A DNA stretch of 64,000 nt from Hemiscyllium ocellatum (GCF_020745735.1 NC_083405.1:28114345-28178344), one strand, 5' to 3'; counted from the first letter of the stretch, positions 37,860 through 51,629 are shown. Translations and numbers: made by a program. Notes: generated by a model from the letters alone, not told the origin.

Positions 37860-40253
37860 CTGCAAACGAATAATATCACATTATTTGATTTAATTATTTT
37901 CATTGTTATGTTTATCATTTATAATCTCCGACTTTAAAGTGTATGTAAGAATCGTTCGTCGATTTAACTAAATAGATGCAGAGTTCCATACTGGCTTTTT
38001 CCTGGATGACAAAAAGCCCAGTGAATACAGATAAAGATTTCCAGTACACATATGTATGTGCAGATGTCAGCGTTGAGGTAACTTGAATTTACGATTTCAA
38101 ACCACCAGCATTCTGTAAACAACTGCTACCTCAAACTCTATATATGGTTTTAAATTCATGTAAGACATGCATCTTTTCAAGTTCCAGAAAGAACGCTCGC
38201 AAGAAGATGCAGTTAAAGTGTGAAATCATATACGTGCTCTGTTTAAAATGACAAATGCCAAAGTTCATAGTCTGTGTGTACAAAACGTCATTGGTCTGAA
38301 GACATACGAATCAAGACTAACCAGAAAACAAGAAACCGATATTACTTCACTGTGATATTAATGATGTCCACACAATGTGAGCATAGTCCTTTCTCACACT
38401 TAACAGGTAAAATGTCAAAACTAAAATATCAGTTAGTTCATTATTACGCATTGTAAATGCTTGTAATTTTAAGACATCACTCCATTTTCACAATCCTTAA
38501 CAAGATATATTTTATGAATTTTTAACTTGCTTTGTTTTAACGGCACATCGTTTGCGTTGGCACTATTTTCTGTTACATAGCTCGCTGTGTGCCAAATACA
38601 AAATCATATCTTTCTTAATAAAATATTATTTTCTGCCAGTGTTGTATACACATATTTTGAGAATAGAACTTCGAACCAAAGTTTCCTGGTACCATTCACT
38701 ATAAATTGTTTTGATTTTTCATTCCTAATACTTTATTTTTTTGTTATTACTATCTAGAGAAGTAAAATATAGTTTCTTGGGAGGTATTACAGTGAATACT
38801 GGTACCATTTCCCCTCAATAACTTTCGATTTTGCATCACTAAATATATGTTAATTAAAATGTGTCTGCCACCTTGTTAAATAATTAATTTTTGGAGAACA
38901 GCGTCTTGTTTAGGTTTAATGAATGGTTCATTGTATTATTTAAAATGTACTTCAACATGCAACTGCAAAATATATTTCTGCATGAATATCTTTCGGGGCT
39001 ACTTAGGAAGAATTTACACTATGACACTGAATATTTAAACAAACCATCTTTTCTGTGTCAGGCTTTGGTTATCTGTATAAACATATCGAAATAAACATCT
39101 GCACATTTTCGATCACAACCGCCTCTGAAAATCTTCAATTTTTTTTTTACAAGTTTCAGTGATAAAGGTAGCACGAAAGGATAACTGGTTTATTTTCTCG
39201 TTTTCCAGTTTGCAAGTGAAATGCTTCCCGAACAGTAAAAAAAATCTCGACACCCACTCCAATGAACTATTTAAAATTATGCCATATATTAAGTCGTAAA
39301 ATGAAAATCTGTTAATATCGTTTTGGGCACTTGAGTGGAGGATAACATCAACATAAAGTTTTACTGTCGCTTTTAGGCTGAGACATTTCTCTTTTGCAAT
39401 TTACGATACCCGAAATGCAGCACTCTGACAACCTTCTACCAAACACGATTTTAGAGGTGAACTGGGCACTTCGTTACTTTATTGAATTAAACAGGGACTG
39501 CAATACTCAACAGAGGTTTAAAATGAAGAGTTCCACACCGAAAATGGACTTACTATCAGGCAGGACAGGATAGAAAATAAATTTATATGTATTCGATTAA
39601 ATAAATACAAACGAGAACTAAGATTATGAGAAGTCAGAGACAAGTATAAGCTTGTCCTTGCCATTTTATGGATGTCGTATTATTTTAGTAAATAAACTTG
39701 GCCTCTCAGCATTTCTGCAAAATATCACAGCAGTCATTTTTTTTTGTCGTTCAAAATTAAACGTAACGTGATAATACTCTGATTGCAAATGTTATTAAAC
39801 TGATCAGAAATTAATGCCAGTCACGATAATTTGTTCTGTTTTAGCCACTTAATGAAGGAGGGTTATGAATTACTCATTCGCTATGAGTAAAGAACGAGGG
39901 ATGGCAACGGGTTATCCTCAGGCCTAGTTCATTAGTATTCGTCTTAGTTTGACCAGTGAGATTAGAGGATCGTGGGAACCCAGAGCTTCCTGATAAGCAC
40001 GGGTGACCCTACATATCAGCCCAGGCTTAGGTTGGATAAGGAGCTTTCGGGAATAGCTGAAACTCACAAACACTCAGATGCTGCGAGTAACAGGAACTCC
40101 ACAATCACGAGACGCCAATATTACCGAACGCATCAGTTCTAAGTCTGAAACGTGCAATGGAAAGGATAGTATCTGACACTCCGAGCAACAGGAGTAAAAT
40201 TCATGTACAGTGCCTGTATTCCAGATTACCAGCAAGATCATCTGTGTTTCTCC

Positions 40254-40286
40254 TGCAGTAGCGCAACTTTCCCACTAGATGTCTGC
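40254..40286 (+). promoter_or_regulatory. Candidate CTCF site with upstream module (5' of A13/A14)
   Basis: TGCAGTAG (40254) followed 18 bp later by the core CCACTAGATGTCTG (40272-40285). Confidence 0.5.
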
Positions 40287-43200
40287 AGAGCTACTTGAAG
40301 ACTTTCAAGAATGTAATCCTGCTTTTTTTTCAGTCTTATCTCAAAAGATTGCAAAGACTTGGTCCTGATTTGTATTTATCTAGGTTAACAGCATCTATGT
40401 ATGGAAGGCAGACTTTCGCCTTGCTGTTAAACAAAACACAACCATTCCTGTCACAAGACAATGTACTTACGCAAATGGATCATTCTATTACAATTGTGTA
40501 TTGCAATAGCAAGGTAAAGCAGTAAAGACCCCTCCGGTTAATCTTCAAGCTGTTCGAGTCAAGGCCACAGAGGCGGCAACCGCATTTACTTTGCGAGATG
40601 CAAAGGCTGATGAGATCAGAAGTGCTAACTTGCGTGGAAATCCAGACACGCATTTGCCTTTGAACAGAATTATGCAGTTTACCCAACGTGGGTATAACCG
40701 TCTATGTTGGAGCTGATTATATGAAATATGGCTGGACAAATGGATCTGAGCCAGTTAATTCAGCACTGAGACATGGGAGGTTTGAGATTTATTGGTCGTT
40801 ACAAATGGGCAGTGCACCTAGGCTTTCTCCAAAGATACCTACATTAAACTTTTGAACAAATATTTAGTCTCTAAGTCATAAAGTGCTTCGTGCCGACTGA
40901 ATGTGGTGTCCTTGGCCTCCAAGACTAGTTTACACTTGCTTAATTATCCCCTTCTTTTGCTGTGCTTTTCATTAACATTGTCTGTTCGGCTGCCCCAGTG
41001 AATCCGTCTCTTCAAGTCAATCCCCAACCTTTCAGTAACTCGTTTATGTGGGATGGTGGACCTCGCGCTAATTTCGATCGTGGCTTTCAGCTTTGTTTCT
41101 ATGAACTGTAGTGAGAAAGCACAACTATTGCCCACTGTGTGTGACTACAGCATGATTTAATTCAGCCTTCAGGCTTCGTTTTAATTAATCTTAGTAAAGC
41201 AAATCATTGTCGAACTTTGAAAAGAAAGGCATTGGGTTAATCAACAATACAGTTACCAACAACCAGAACTTGGATGTATGTTTACAATTATTTGTGATTA
41301 GCGCTGCTGTCTTCTAAGTTTAGAAAATTCGGGGATAATTTCAAAGACTTTTTGTCGGAATTTATATAGCGCCTTGAACTTTTTTTTATTGACATGCTTT
41401 TGCTTGATCAATTCAGTACAAACCAATGTTGCCCTGTGTGCATTATATCTCTATTATTTGTATATATTCTACATTTGAAATTATGTGTACGCAGGAGGGA
41501 GAAGGGAGAACGATCTACACTGAATTGTAATACAGATCAATCCCAGGAGGACAGATTGCAATTTTTGCTGCCGTTCGTTTCTGATTGCATGTGACCACGT
41601 TTTTGCAAAATGGCCATGTCGTCAACTTTTTGTGAGGCGATAGGGAATCGTTCTGTCGAATAGAAATTCGGAACATAACGGCGAAAACACGGACGCAAGG
41701 CCAAACACACTCGTAGGTGATTGGCTGCAAAGCCCTCAACTATGTCAGGAAGGTGTTTTACTGCCGCTCAGTGTGTCATGAACAATTAAGAGCGAGGAAC
41801 CCGATGCTGAGATTATTGATCCTTTCATCATCGCTGATACCTCTTTCCAGTTAACAGTCAGGCACAACACTCCAACATTCTCGCCATATTTGACGTGTTG
41901 CTCCTTAACCAATGCCAATTCGCCAATGTTTTCCCTGCTCAGAAATTAGTCGCAACAAGATATGTGTTGGTTACAGAATGATCATTTCATGCATTTATTT
42001 GAATAGCCTGTAAGTGCTGCATTCACATTTCCGAGAATTTACCAATCCCATTTCATGTTACGCTCGTAAAATCTTAAAACGAATGGAATTTTCAGTTCAA
42101 ACGTGTGGTTACTTCCACATTGCCATGCACCCCAGGAAGTTAAAAATCTCTTGAGTGATTGTGTTACCATTACAGACTATTAAAAAAGCACTAAAAGCTA
42201 TGAATCATTGCGCAGATTAATGTCAGTAAAGACAGCAAATGAAACCGGAGCATTTCAGTTTTGCATTCAATCAGTGTGGAAATATTAAAGTTATATATTA
42301 ATTAGTTATCCGTATTAAATAGTCACACATCGCAGTTTCCTATTGACTTCACTGTGTGCACTGTAGAAAATCCATCTGTACCAAGTGGAAGCACATATTT
42401 CTATTGGTTAGAAATCTCATTTATATTCTGAATTTTATGTCTTTATAAAAATGTTACTATGTGAAGCACATAACCCTCATTAATGTTTTCAGTTGAATGA
42501 ATTATGGTTATTATTAAAACTACTTTATTTTACAATTCAACAGTCTATCAGGTAGATTTTGCCAAGCATGCAAATTTGAATATGCATGCTTTAATTGATT
42601 TAGATCCAGATGAAAGCCAGTTTCTTTTAAAAATCACTTTCTTTAGCAATACAGAGCTTCAGGCACTTCAATCATTTCCACGTGCAAGCTGTCCGAGAAT
42701 TATAACACATTATTTTAACAGGAACTTTCATTTATGCTAGACACCTCTCAAATTGAACTGCGGCCCAAAAATGTCTTCGATCAATTGAGTACGGTTCGTA
42801 GTTTGCTGAAATTCTAATTCATCTCTGAGAGGTCAATTTAAATGGCCTCAATGGAATTCCAGTTAGTTCCTTTAAGAAATCAAACAGCATGTAAAACGCT
42901 TTAAGTCTTCATTCGCTGAATATGTTACCTGAATTATTTTAAGGGGTTTCGCTTTAGCATGGGACAACAGAAGGAATTACAACAACACGCTGCACAATTC
43001 CAATGCTCTTGCAGCGACAACTCACAATTACGCCAATAAATAATCAACTTAAGCTTAAAAGTGTTCGCTTCTATTAGTCCGACTTGCGACAACTCCAAAA
43101 TATACATCTTCAAATCTTTTTGCTGACGATAAAGCAACATCACTGCTCAAAGCAATTTGTGCGGCTTGAGCAAAACGGGGGCATCTGGAGGTGTTTCTCA

Positions 43201-43929
43201 TGATTGTGCAGTAACTCAGATCAACAGTAGAGGGAGCACAAAGACAGGGAGTGACACCGGGGATCCGAGGGCGACTCTCTGGGGCATCAAGCACTGAAGG
43301 GGAGAGAGAGCTACGGATTCAGTCAAGCGATGGAGGATGTGTGCCTGCCTATTTCTTCATTCTATGGTAGCATGCTCTTATTTAGCCTCCGATTTGTTTA
43401 AACTATTGCGTAAACGTTACTTTTTAAGCCTCCCTTTCAGAATTATTTCAATGCTGTACAGTCCACTGTAATTCATCACACAGGATATGATAATCGAAGC
43501 GTGTTATGGTGAAAAGATCATTTTGTCATTAATGCTTTATAAATAATATACAAACAACAGTGGCAAAAAAAATTACAAAATATGGCCATTTTCACTTGCT
43601 AGGGATTGATCTTTACGGTGTACACGTTTCTTTCAGTTACGGAGATCATTACATTAGGATGGACTCTCTAAAGGCACCAAGGTGTTTTAATCGTACCCAT
43701 TCCCCTGCTATCTGTCAGCTGCTGTTACAACCGGGAACTAATTAAGCGTGTACAATTAGGATCGCCCCAAAGGGAAGCCGGCTCAAACCCAGCCAGTCTC
43801 ACGTTTAGAGCGTTAGGGGACCGCGAAACTGGTCCTCAGCCAATCTCAGAAACAGCTCTGGCAAGAGGGCCAGCTCAGGGGTACTCATTCCGCCAATCTC
43901 ATGCCCGGATATCCTAAACAGATTGTTTT

Positions 43930-44400
43930 TCTATTACACTTTCAACTCAGGAAAACATCCCAAATGCTTCTTAAGAAAACAATCGGATCGCAGAGTCGGG
44001 AGGAAGTCGGAATCAAAGCCTGGTTGGAAGAGGTCATTTAGCATCTCAAAAGAGGGGAGAGGTGGAAAAGCGGAGGACGAGGTATAGAAAAGACAGCTCA
44101 ACGCTTCGGGTCCAGTCTAGTGAAAGCACAGCCATTCGGGGGGTGGGGGGAATAACAAGGTGGGGAAGCACAATAAGTCCGAATTGAAAGAACGCGGAGT
44201 TGTCAAAGAGAAACGGTCAAGAGGAGGTAGAGAAAGGACAGATGAGGCCAGAGAGGAGTTGGAAATAAGGGCTGAAGATTTTAATTTGGCAACTTGACAA
44301 GAGCAGGCTAGACCAGTGAGCACAGGAATAACGAATGGGTAAGACTTTGGATGAGCACCATAAGCACTTTGAATGGGCTCAAGCTTTTGAGCGTGTGGTG
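43930..44400 (-). mobile_element. Degenerate L2-type LINE 3' fragment
   Basis: Purine-rich pattern (gaggtcatttagcatctcaaaagaggggagaggtgg...gaaagcacagcc) resembling the reverse complement of L2 3' ends; first recognisable TE beyond the cluster. Boundaries approximate. Confidence 0.5.
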
Positions 44401-44680
44401 AGGGGGTGGAGGGGGAGTGGGGGGAAGGTGGGATAAGACGGGACGTCCCACAAGAACTTTGGAAGACATGAAGACCACGTGGTGAGTCTAGCATTTTGAA
44501 GACTGCAGTCCCAATGCAGCTTTTTCCTCAAACTGATATGCAATGCCATTTGGATAACACCACCGATTGCACTGATGTTTACGGCAATGTATGCATGCTT
44601 TTATGCAGATAAGACCTTTGTTTCCTCCACCCACTAATTGTCTGGACATCAGTAATATATCGCACTTAAAGTATATTTTG

Positions 44681-44836
44681 AAACGAAAACAGAAAATGCT
44701 GAGAAAGACCCTGAAGAAGGGTCATCTGAAGAAGTGTCTCTGGACCGGAAACATTAACTTTGTTTTCTTTCTCCTCAGATGCTGCCAGACCTGCTGAGTT
44801 TTCCAACAATTTTTGTTTTTGTTTCAGACTTACAGC
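44681..44836 (+). mobile_element. Short Penelope-like-element-derived fragment with degenerate hammerhead core and inverted 5' piece
   Basis: CTGAAGA-AGGGTC...GGACC-GGAAAC followed by GATGCTGCCAGACCTGCTG, the same tail as the PLE at 53.4-54.1 kb; 44681-44706 is an imperfect inverted copy of ~44800-44824. Confidence 0.6.
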
Positions 44837-46999
44837 TTCTTCGGCTCTTATTTCTCATTGCTGCCTTTTTGTGCATACTAAAATCTTTTCTTATCCATGC
44901 AAAGTAACAGTACCAATTCCTCCTTTGGCATATGCACACCACTTAACTAACGCTCAGCTAATCACATACACTCGACCACTAGACCAGGTGGAGGCATACC
45001 CAAACAAACTTATGCACAAAGTTTTGGAAGAACATTTAGGAGTCTTGCAACCTGATGTTCAAGGAATCTTGCATAAAATAATATCAGGCACCTAGTTAAT
45101 GAATCACTGGTGCAGCTTCTTAGATGCAGCAAAAGAATATCGAGGCCCCAGTTCTGATCCCTGACTAATCTCATTTAGAAGATTTTGAAAGCACATCTTG
45201 ACAAATTGCATTCCACTACCTTAGACCCTTGATATTGTCAGATTACATGTAACTAGAAAACAAATTGCCACCCAATGAAACAATGTACATAATGATAAAA
45301 TATTAAAGGACAATAGAACTAATACTCATTTAACCAGTTGCAAGGCTGGTTTTAAACAATTAGATACTTACAACTTAATTAAACCTGTACACTGCCCATT
45401 GGTAAAATGTTGAATGATCAAATAACTAATATCGAACAAACCAAATGCATTATATTAAAAGGAAAGCATCAAATTCTAATGCCAACAAATTTCATCCAAA
45501 GCATACTGGAAAAGTATTAGAAATCCAAGATCCACCCAATCTGACAAAATTAATCAGCAGCAAACTATCACAGGTTCAGTGACCAGTCAGACCAGAGGTC
45601 ACAAGGTGTATAGGTTTTAGTACATTTAATGATTTGACTGAGGGAGGGGTTAGGGAAGGGTGTGAGTGGTGAATATTAGCTAAGAACCCAGGACAACTCA
45701 AATAATGCCCTGGCTCTTTGATGTTCTCCTCAAAAGATTTTAGTTTAATGTCTTATTCAAAAGACAATTACTTGCTCAAGTTAACAGAGGTTGGTGAAGG
45801 CACAGACTTTTGACTCAAAGGAGAAACTGCTAAAGAAAATAACTAATTCAACACTTGGTAAATGAACAAAGGGATTTAAGAGTTGATTCCATACTTGTGC
45901 ACTGCCGGCAAGGAATAACATCCACAGGGGTGTAATGCGGGAAATTTTGCACACAGAGCCTGTGGTTTTTCATTGATTCATTTAATAGATGGAAAAGCAC
46001 AGTCTTTGCACCTACAATTTCCTGCACTGTGCTTCCTGTGACTACTGTTTCCTGCTGAGACTGCAAAATCAGCCCTTTAGGGTACAGGTAATTAAATATT
46101 AGCTCGCAGGTGCAATGAGAGCCATTTATATGTTCAAAGAATGTTGGAACTCACAACAAAGGGCATGATACTTAAATGTAAGAGATTAGGAAAGTGCTCA
46201 AGAGATCCGATTTGAAATAATGTTCAATTTGTTTGCTTTTGACAAACTTGGCACATTTTAGACATGAGTTGTTGTTGCTCCTTTTGTTGCAACTGTTAAT
46301 ATTTCAACTGCTGTCAATGTCTCCTCTACATTTTGAGTCAGAAATTTAACTTATTTAATAAAGAAAAGGGGTGGTCTATGCAGATGAGTTCCCTTTCTGT
46401 TTCATCATAACATGAATATTTTGCACCTTCATTAATATGCAACTCAAAGCTGGAGTCACTCAAATGAAAACTGAGCAATACTATCTTTTTAAATCTTAAG
46501 TGAGGGTGTTGCTTCCCAAGAATGGCTCAGATGGTCAAGAATGAGGATGAGATATTCCCAACCAAAATAAGATGTTTGAACAATAGGGGGATAAATTCAA
46601 TTTATAGCCCACACATGTTTTTGCTTATAATAAGGCACTTAATAGCAGGTTGTGTCATACCAACCAGTCCAGATTCATAAATTACACTTCTGAGGGGAAG
46701 AGGCTAAAGCATAAGAATCTGTAGTACATATAAGTGAAGACTAAGTGCAATATGTAATGTCAATGGAACCAGCACATGAATGTGAATGATGTGCACAATT
46801 ATAATGGGGATCAGGTGTGAATGACGATTAAAGATAATAGTGCACCACACAGCTTGAATTATTGTGTTTGTATTTGTGAGTGTATAATGGGCACTCTAAG
46901 GAAAATTGTGGTCGGTACAATGTTTGAATTTGGAATGAGACAGGTGTATATTGTAGAGCATGTTGCTTTGTAAATGCTTGATTGGATTACCTCAGTGCA

Positions 47000-47330
47000 C
47001 AAACAGGCCATTATCCCATTGGTCCAAGCTAGTGTTTGTACTCCATATGAGTTTTCTCATAGCCCCCTTCATGTAACCCTATCAATATGCACTTTTAATT
47101 CTTTACACCTTCATTGGTCTCCCTATAATTTCCTTTAAATGCTTCTATGTGAGTCACATCAGATATTTCTTGTGGTAGCATGTTGCACAATATTTCTACT
47201 CTTTGGTCAAGGATCTCTTCTGAAATCCCTACTGGAAATACATGGGCCATATCTCTGACAAATTTGTGTTGATGTACCTTGGAATTTTCCTCAGTTGTGC
47301 AATTTTCTCCAATGTCTGTTCCCATACCTT
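47000..47330 (-). mobile_element. Old CR1-type LINE 3' end fragment
   Basis: aaacaggccatt... and gtggtagcatgttgcacaatatttctactctttgg resemble the reverse complement of the CR1 ORF2 terminus (QRV..WN.LP; ORF track shows QRVEILCNMLPQE). Confidence 0.5.
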
Positions 47331-49334
47331 GTAGGCATTGAATGGAATAATTTGAACCTGGTTGCCACTGTTAGCCAGATGATGTTTCATTTTTCTCACT
47401 TCAAGAAATAATAATGAAATGAAAAACAGAAACAGTCCTCCTGTGCCCTTTATTCTCGATCACAATTATTAGATAAAATACTCAATACTGCTCCATCACT
47501 AAGCCTAAGATCACCTTTCTTGCCATTAAATCCATAGTTTGAGTTTTTGGAATATTGTCAGACAAGTTTACTCCTCAAGTATACTGAACTTAGACATGTG
47601 CAAGCATATATTGAGAATTCTTTTAGCTTGTTTATAAGTTTATGCAAGTTTTGCATCCATACTGGTCTCCTCCCTTTATGTGGATTCATTCCTTTAAAGC
47701 CCTTTGTCAGCAGCCCTCTATTGGCAGCTGAGACACATAACTACCTTTCAGTGGAAAGGGTCAGCATCAGGTCCAATATATGCCAGAAGGCCCTTTAAAC
47801 AGTTAACATTGGACTGCTCTCCAAGTTTCAGTGGAGTCTTGTTCCCAGCACTCAGGCAGTTGTGGAAATTGTGACATATATTCCTGCTGGGTTCATACTC
47901 AGATGTGAAAATCTGCCCGAGTCCATATGTGCATGTGCAATGTATATCAGCACAAAATTAATATTCCGGTCACCCCCAATTTTGCCAATCTCAATACTAC
48001 GAGCAGCAAGAATGATGAGGAAAAATCAGGAACACAATTGTGTGAGATTCTCAATGTGCCCCTTTTAAGGAAGGTTGATTGTGGGGAGCTGGGAGGTCAG
48101 ACACTGTTGAAATGCATTGCTCCTTCTTAAAAGACTTAAATATGTAATTAGAATGTTATGTCAAGTTATATGAGTTTAGGGAAGACATCACCCACAAACA
48201 TATCCCCAAACTGAATAAAGTGACTGTTAAACAGGCTACGCATATTTAGTACTTCAAAGTACAAATACTTTTTAATTGTAATGTTTTCCTTTTCTGTATT
48301 AACTATTTAGTAAAGCTATTTTGCACTACCATTCCTATGCAGTTTTTCAATTTTCTGTACTGTACTTGCAGTTACTATTCAAAATTCTTATAGTAACACA
48401 TAACAGTTAAATATTTAGGGCAGTTGAAACTTACTATATCCAGTTTTTTTTTAGTTTTCATGATTGAAATTAGGAGAGATAAAGGAGAACCCTTGCATTT
48501 ATATGCCTGATGTAATTCTGGGACCCATGATTATTGATCATATTATTTATACTGGACACACTTTGAGAAGCCTCACTAATTCTGTTTCATTTCAGTCTCA
48601 GAATCTTGTTGCAGTTGCTGGTGCACTGCCTCTTCCACAGAAGGCCCACTGAACCGTACAGCAATTAGACAGGGGTAAGGCCATCAACAGCACTTCCCCC
48701 TGGAATCATGGTCTTGGGGAGAGAAATGGTGCCCTGTAACAGTCCTCAGCTAATCACAGGCCATTCTAGCACTTGCCATTACCACAGAGGAAACCATAAC
48801 TGCTGGCAGATAAACCCACCCTCCCACTCCACAAAGTTCCAGGATCATGGAGGACTCAGGAGAAATATAAGTGATGTAGGGGAAAGGTGCAGGTCTAATG
48901 TCATCACAGACTTGCTTGCAGCTGGGTTATTCCCAATGGCAGGAAGAGGTGAAAGACTATGTGGGAAATGAGGCCTTTTGTTTTAATTGGTCACTACTGC
49001 ACTGCAACTGGAGGCAGGGCTCATATGTTAAACATAAACCTTCCTACCAGAATTTAATTCTTGGGGAAGCAGGAAAACAATGGTGTTTAGGTCCACCATC
49101 ACCTTACTGAATTAAGTGTTCTTCCTGCCTTCAAACTCACCATCTCCAGGAACAAATGTTGCTAACATCTGCCTGAACAATACTACATTCTACAGATTTG
49201 CTTATAAATGACTTTATGTGTTAGGATTGTTTTACCAATTGCTGTGAGGATCTTCACAGAACTAAGTTCACACGTTCCAAGATGAGGCATCTTTCATGTT
49301 AAGTCCCTACTCATAAAGAGATACAGTAAATATT

Positions 49335-49660
49335 GATTGTGCTACAGGAGTAGTAACCCAGAGGTTGAGAAAATGATTCAGAGTTATGAATTAAAATCCT
49401 GAAACAATTAGAAATCTTAAGTTTGGTTAAGCAAATAAATCTGAAATAAAAAGTTGGTGTCAGTATAGTGATTAATTCATTATTGGTTCATTGTAAAATC
49501 CTTTATGGTTAAGTAATATTCTTTAGAGAAGTAACTCTACTTTCCCAAACTGATCTGTCCTCTCAATGAGTCCAGATCTACTAATTGCCTCTTGCAAACG
49601 GATCAGTTGTCTGAATGACAAATAGGGATCAGAATGAATAATGATCTGGGCAATGATGCC
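49335..49660 (+). mobile_element. Highly degenerate copy of the shark tRNA-derived SINE seen at 51.6 and 54.4 kb
   Basis: Shared motifs agtaacccagag, aaatctg(g)aa, gagtccaga and aatagggat in the same order. Confidence 0.4.
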
Positions 49661-49769
49661 TTCAACCTACAAAAGATTTTGTTTTAAAACAGTAAATGAT
49701 CATTTTCATAATGTGAACACCAATGAGTGGAGAAGGCAGAATACTTTGGAAAAAAAACTTAGAGATTTA

Positions 49770-50050
49770 CCTGATACCTCTCATGTAGGACATGCCAAAG
49801 CACTTACCAGCAAATTAAATATTTCTGAGTGTAGTCATTATGGTAATGTGGGAAAAAATATCATTTCATTTAATTTGTACTCAGTATGGCCCACTGATAG
49901 CCATGAGATAATAACCAGGAAAACTTCTTTATGAATAGCCAAGGGATAAATGTTGGCCAGGATAAAGGAGAAAAGTCTCCCATTCTTCAAAGAAACATGC
50001 TATGGGTCTGCTATTAACCACCTGAGAGGCCAACAGGATCTAGGTTTTCT
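49770..50050 (-). mobile_element. DeuSINE-like (SacSINE1/AmnSINE-related) SINE remnant
   Basis: ccaaagcacttaccagc...gtgtagtcattatggtaatgtgggaaa...gggataaatgttggccaggat...cacctgagagg matches the reverse complement of the recalled Deu-domain SINE pattern. Confidence 0.55.
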
Positions 50051-51629
50051 CCTTTTCTTAACAAGCTTCAAAATGTTCAAGACATTAACAAAGTTACCAC
50101 AGCTTCTCAAAACAACTCCACTTTCAACAGGAGCACATTGCATTAATTTACTGTCATTTACATAGAAACTACATTCTGTACATCAGTGACTATCGTCCAA
50201 GAAACGATATGATGCTTCTAATATGTGACGACCAGAGATCCAGTATTTTCAGAAGGAGAAAGTCCACATGGTTGGTGACCATTAGGAGATCAAGGATAGC
50301 CTGAACGTTGATGGTACTTCTTCATTGACAAGCTCCCTAAGAGAACAGAAAGGAAATCTAAGCATTTATATTTCTCCTGCAACTGACAATTTTACCAACA
50401 AGGTGAGTGTTTTGTCCTACACACAAAATGATTTGCACTTGCAATGCAGGAAATGATGCTATCATGAAAGTGTGGGTACTCTTAACTCTGGTTTATGTCA
50501 CAGGAGATGGATCAAATAAAAGGTGGGTGCACCAATGAACTGTATACTTTCTCACTGTGATATTAGCAGATCTATTCTTAATTTTCAGCCAGGTAAGAAG
50601 GACCTGGATTGCTGCCTTCACTCTGTCTGTGATTTCTCAACATGTAGCTTTCACTTTTGCTTTTACTAGAGCAGAGCTTTAGTTCTAAGTATGAATCTTT
50701 TGATGCTTTTTCAGCCAAACAAACTCCAACACTCCACATCAAAGGGAGCAATCCTGTCCAGATGTCTCCACTGGGTAGTTATGAGCAATTAGCTCACTTT
50801 TCTGCCATTACTACAAGTTAGCCTTTAATGGTAAATTGGAACCCTTTAAAAGCTGCTACCTAGGTAGATTTTACATTCTTAAGCCACATCTATTAACAGA
50901 CAGACTCTCTTTACACGTGCCTTTGTCTATTCAAATTAGGAGAAGGGAATCCCATATAAACTTCTAGCAACTAGGGTCTACACAATTCTTTTGTTTTAGA
51001 AAATTATTTTTTGATTTAAAAAATATTTTTCAAGTTAATTTGTTACTTTTGACTCCAAACATTTAAAGTAGACATACTCAGTAACATTAAGTATTCTCTC
51101 AACTGCAAATAGTTAATCATTCTGTGTGCATGCACAAATATAACATGTTCAGTTTTACTCAATACATCTTTTGTTACATCTTTGTAGTCAGTCACATAAT
51201 GGTTCATTTAAACATTTCATTATTAGTGTATATCTTCAGTCACTTGCAACCTATTCTCTCACTTAGCCAAGGTAAAGAGCATATTGCTTTTTTGTTGCAA
51301 AAACTGAGACCATTCATTGCTATTTCCTTTATTTCTTCTGCTATCAAGCCAAACTTCATCTAAATTCTTTCTTCACCAGCCTTGAACTCGCATGTTCTGT
51401 TATTTATCTCTTATTTTCCCTTATGCCATCTTTGAGCATTCCCAAACTGTCTTCAGCCTTCAACTTGGTTGATCACCTTTAATATCTCTGTTCCATTGTC
51501 CGAGTGGGACTGTCATTGCCTGATTACATTTCTATCTATAGAGTTGATTCCAGAGCAATACCTGCAATGGCTTTCCTTCCTATTCCTGCATTGATACCAA
51601 AGGTCTATATTTAATCCTTGTCTATTAGT

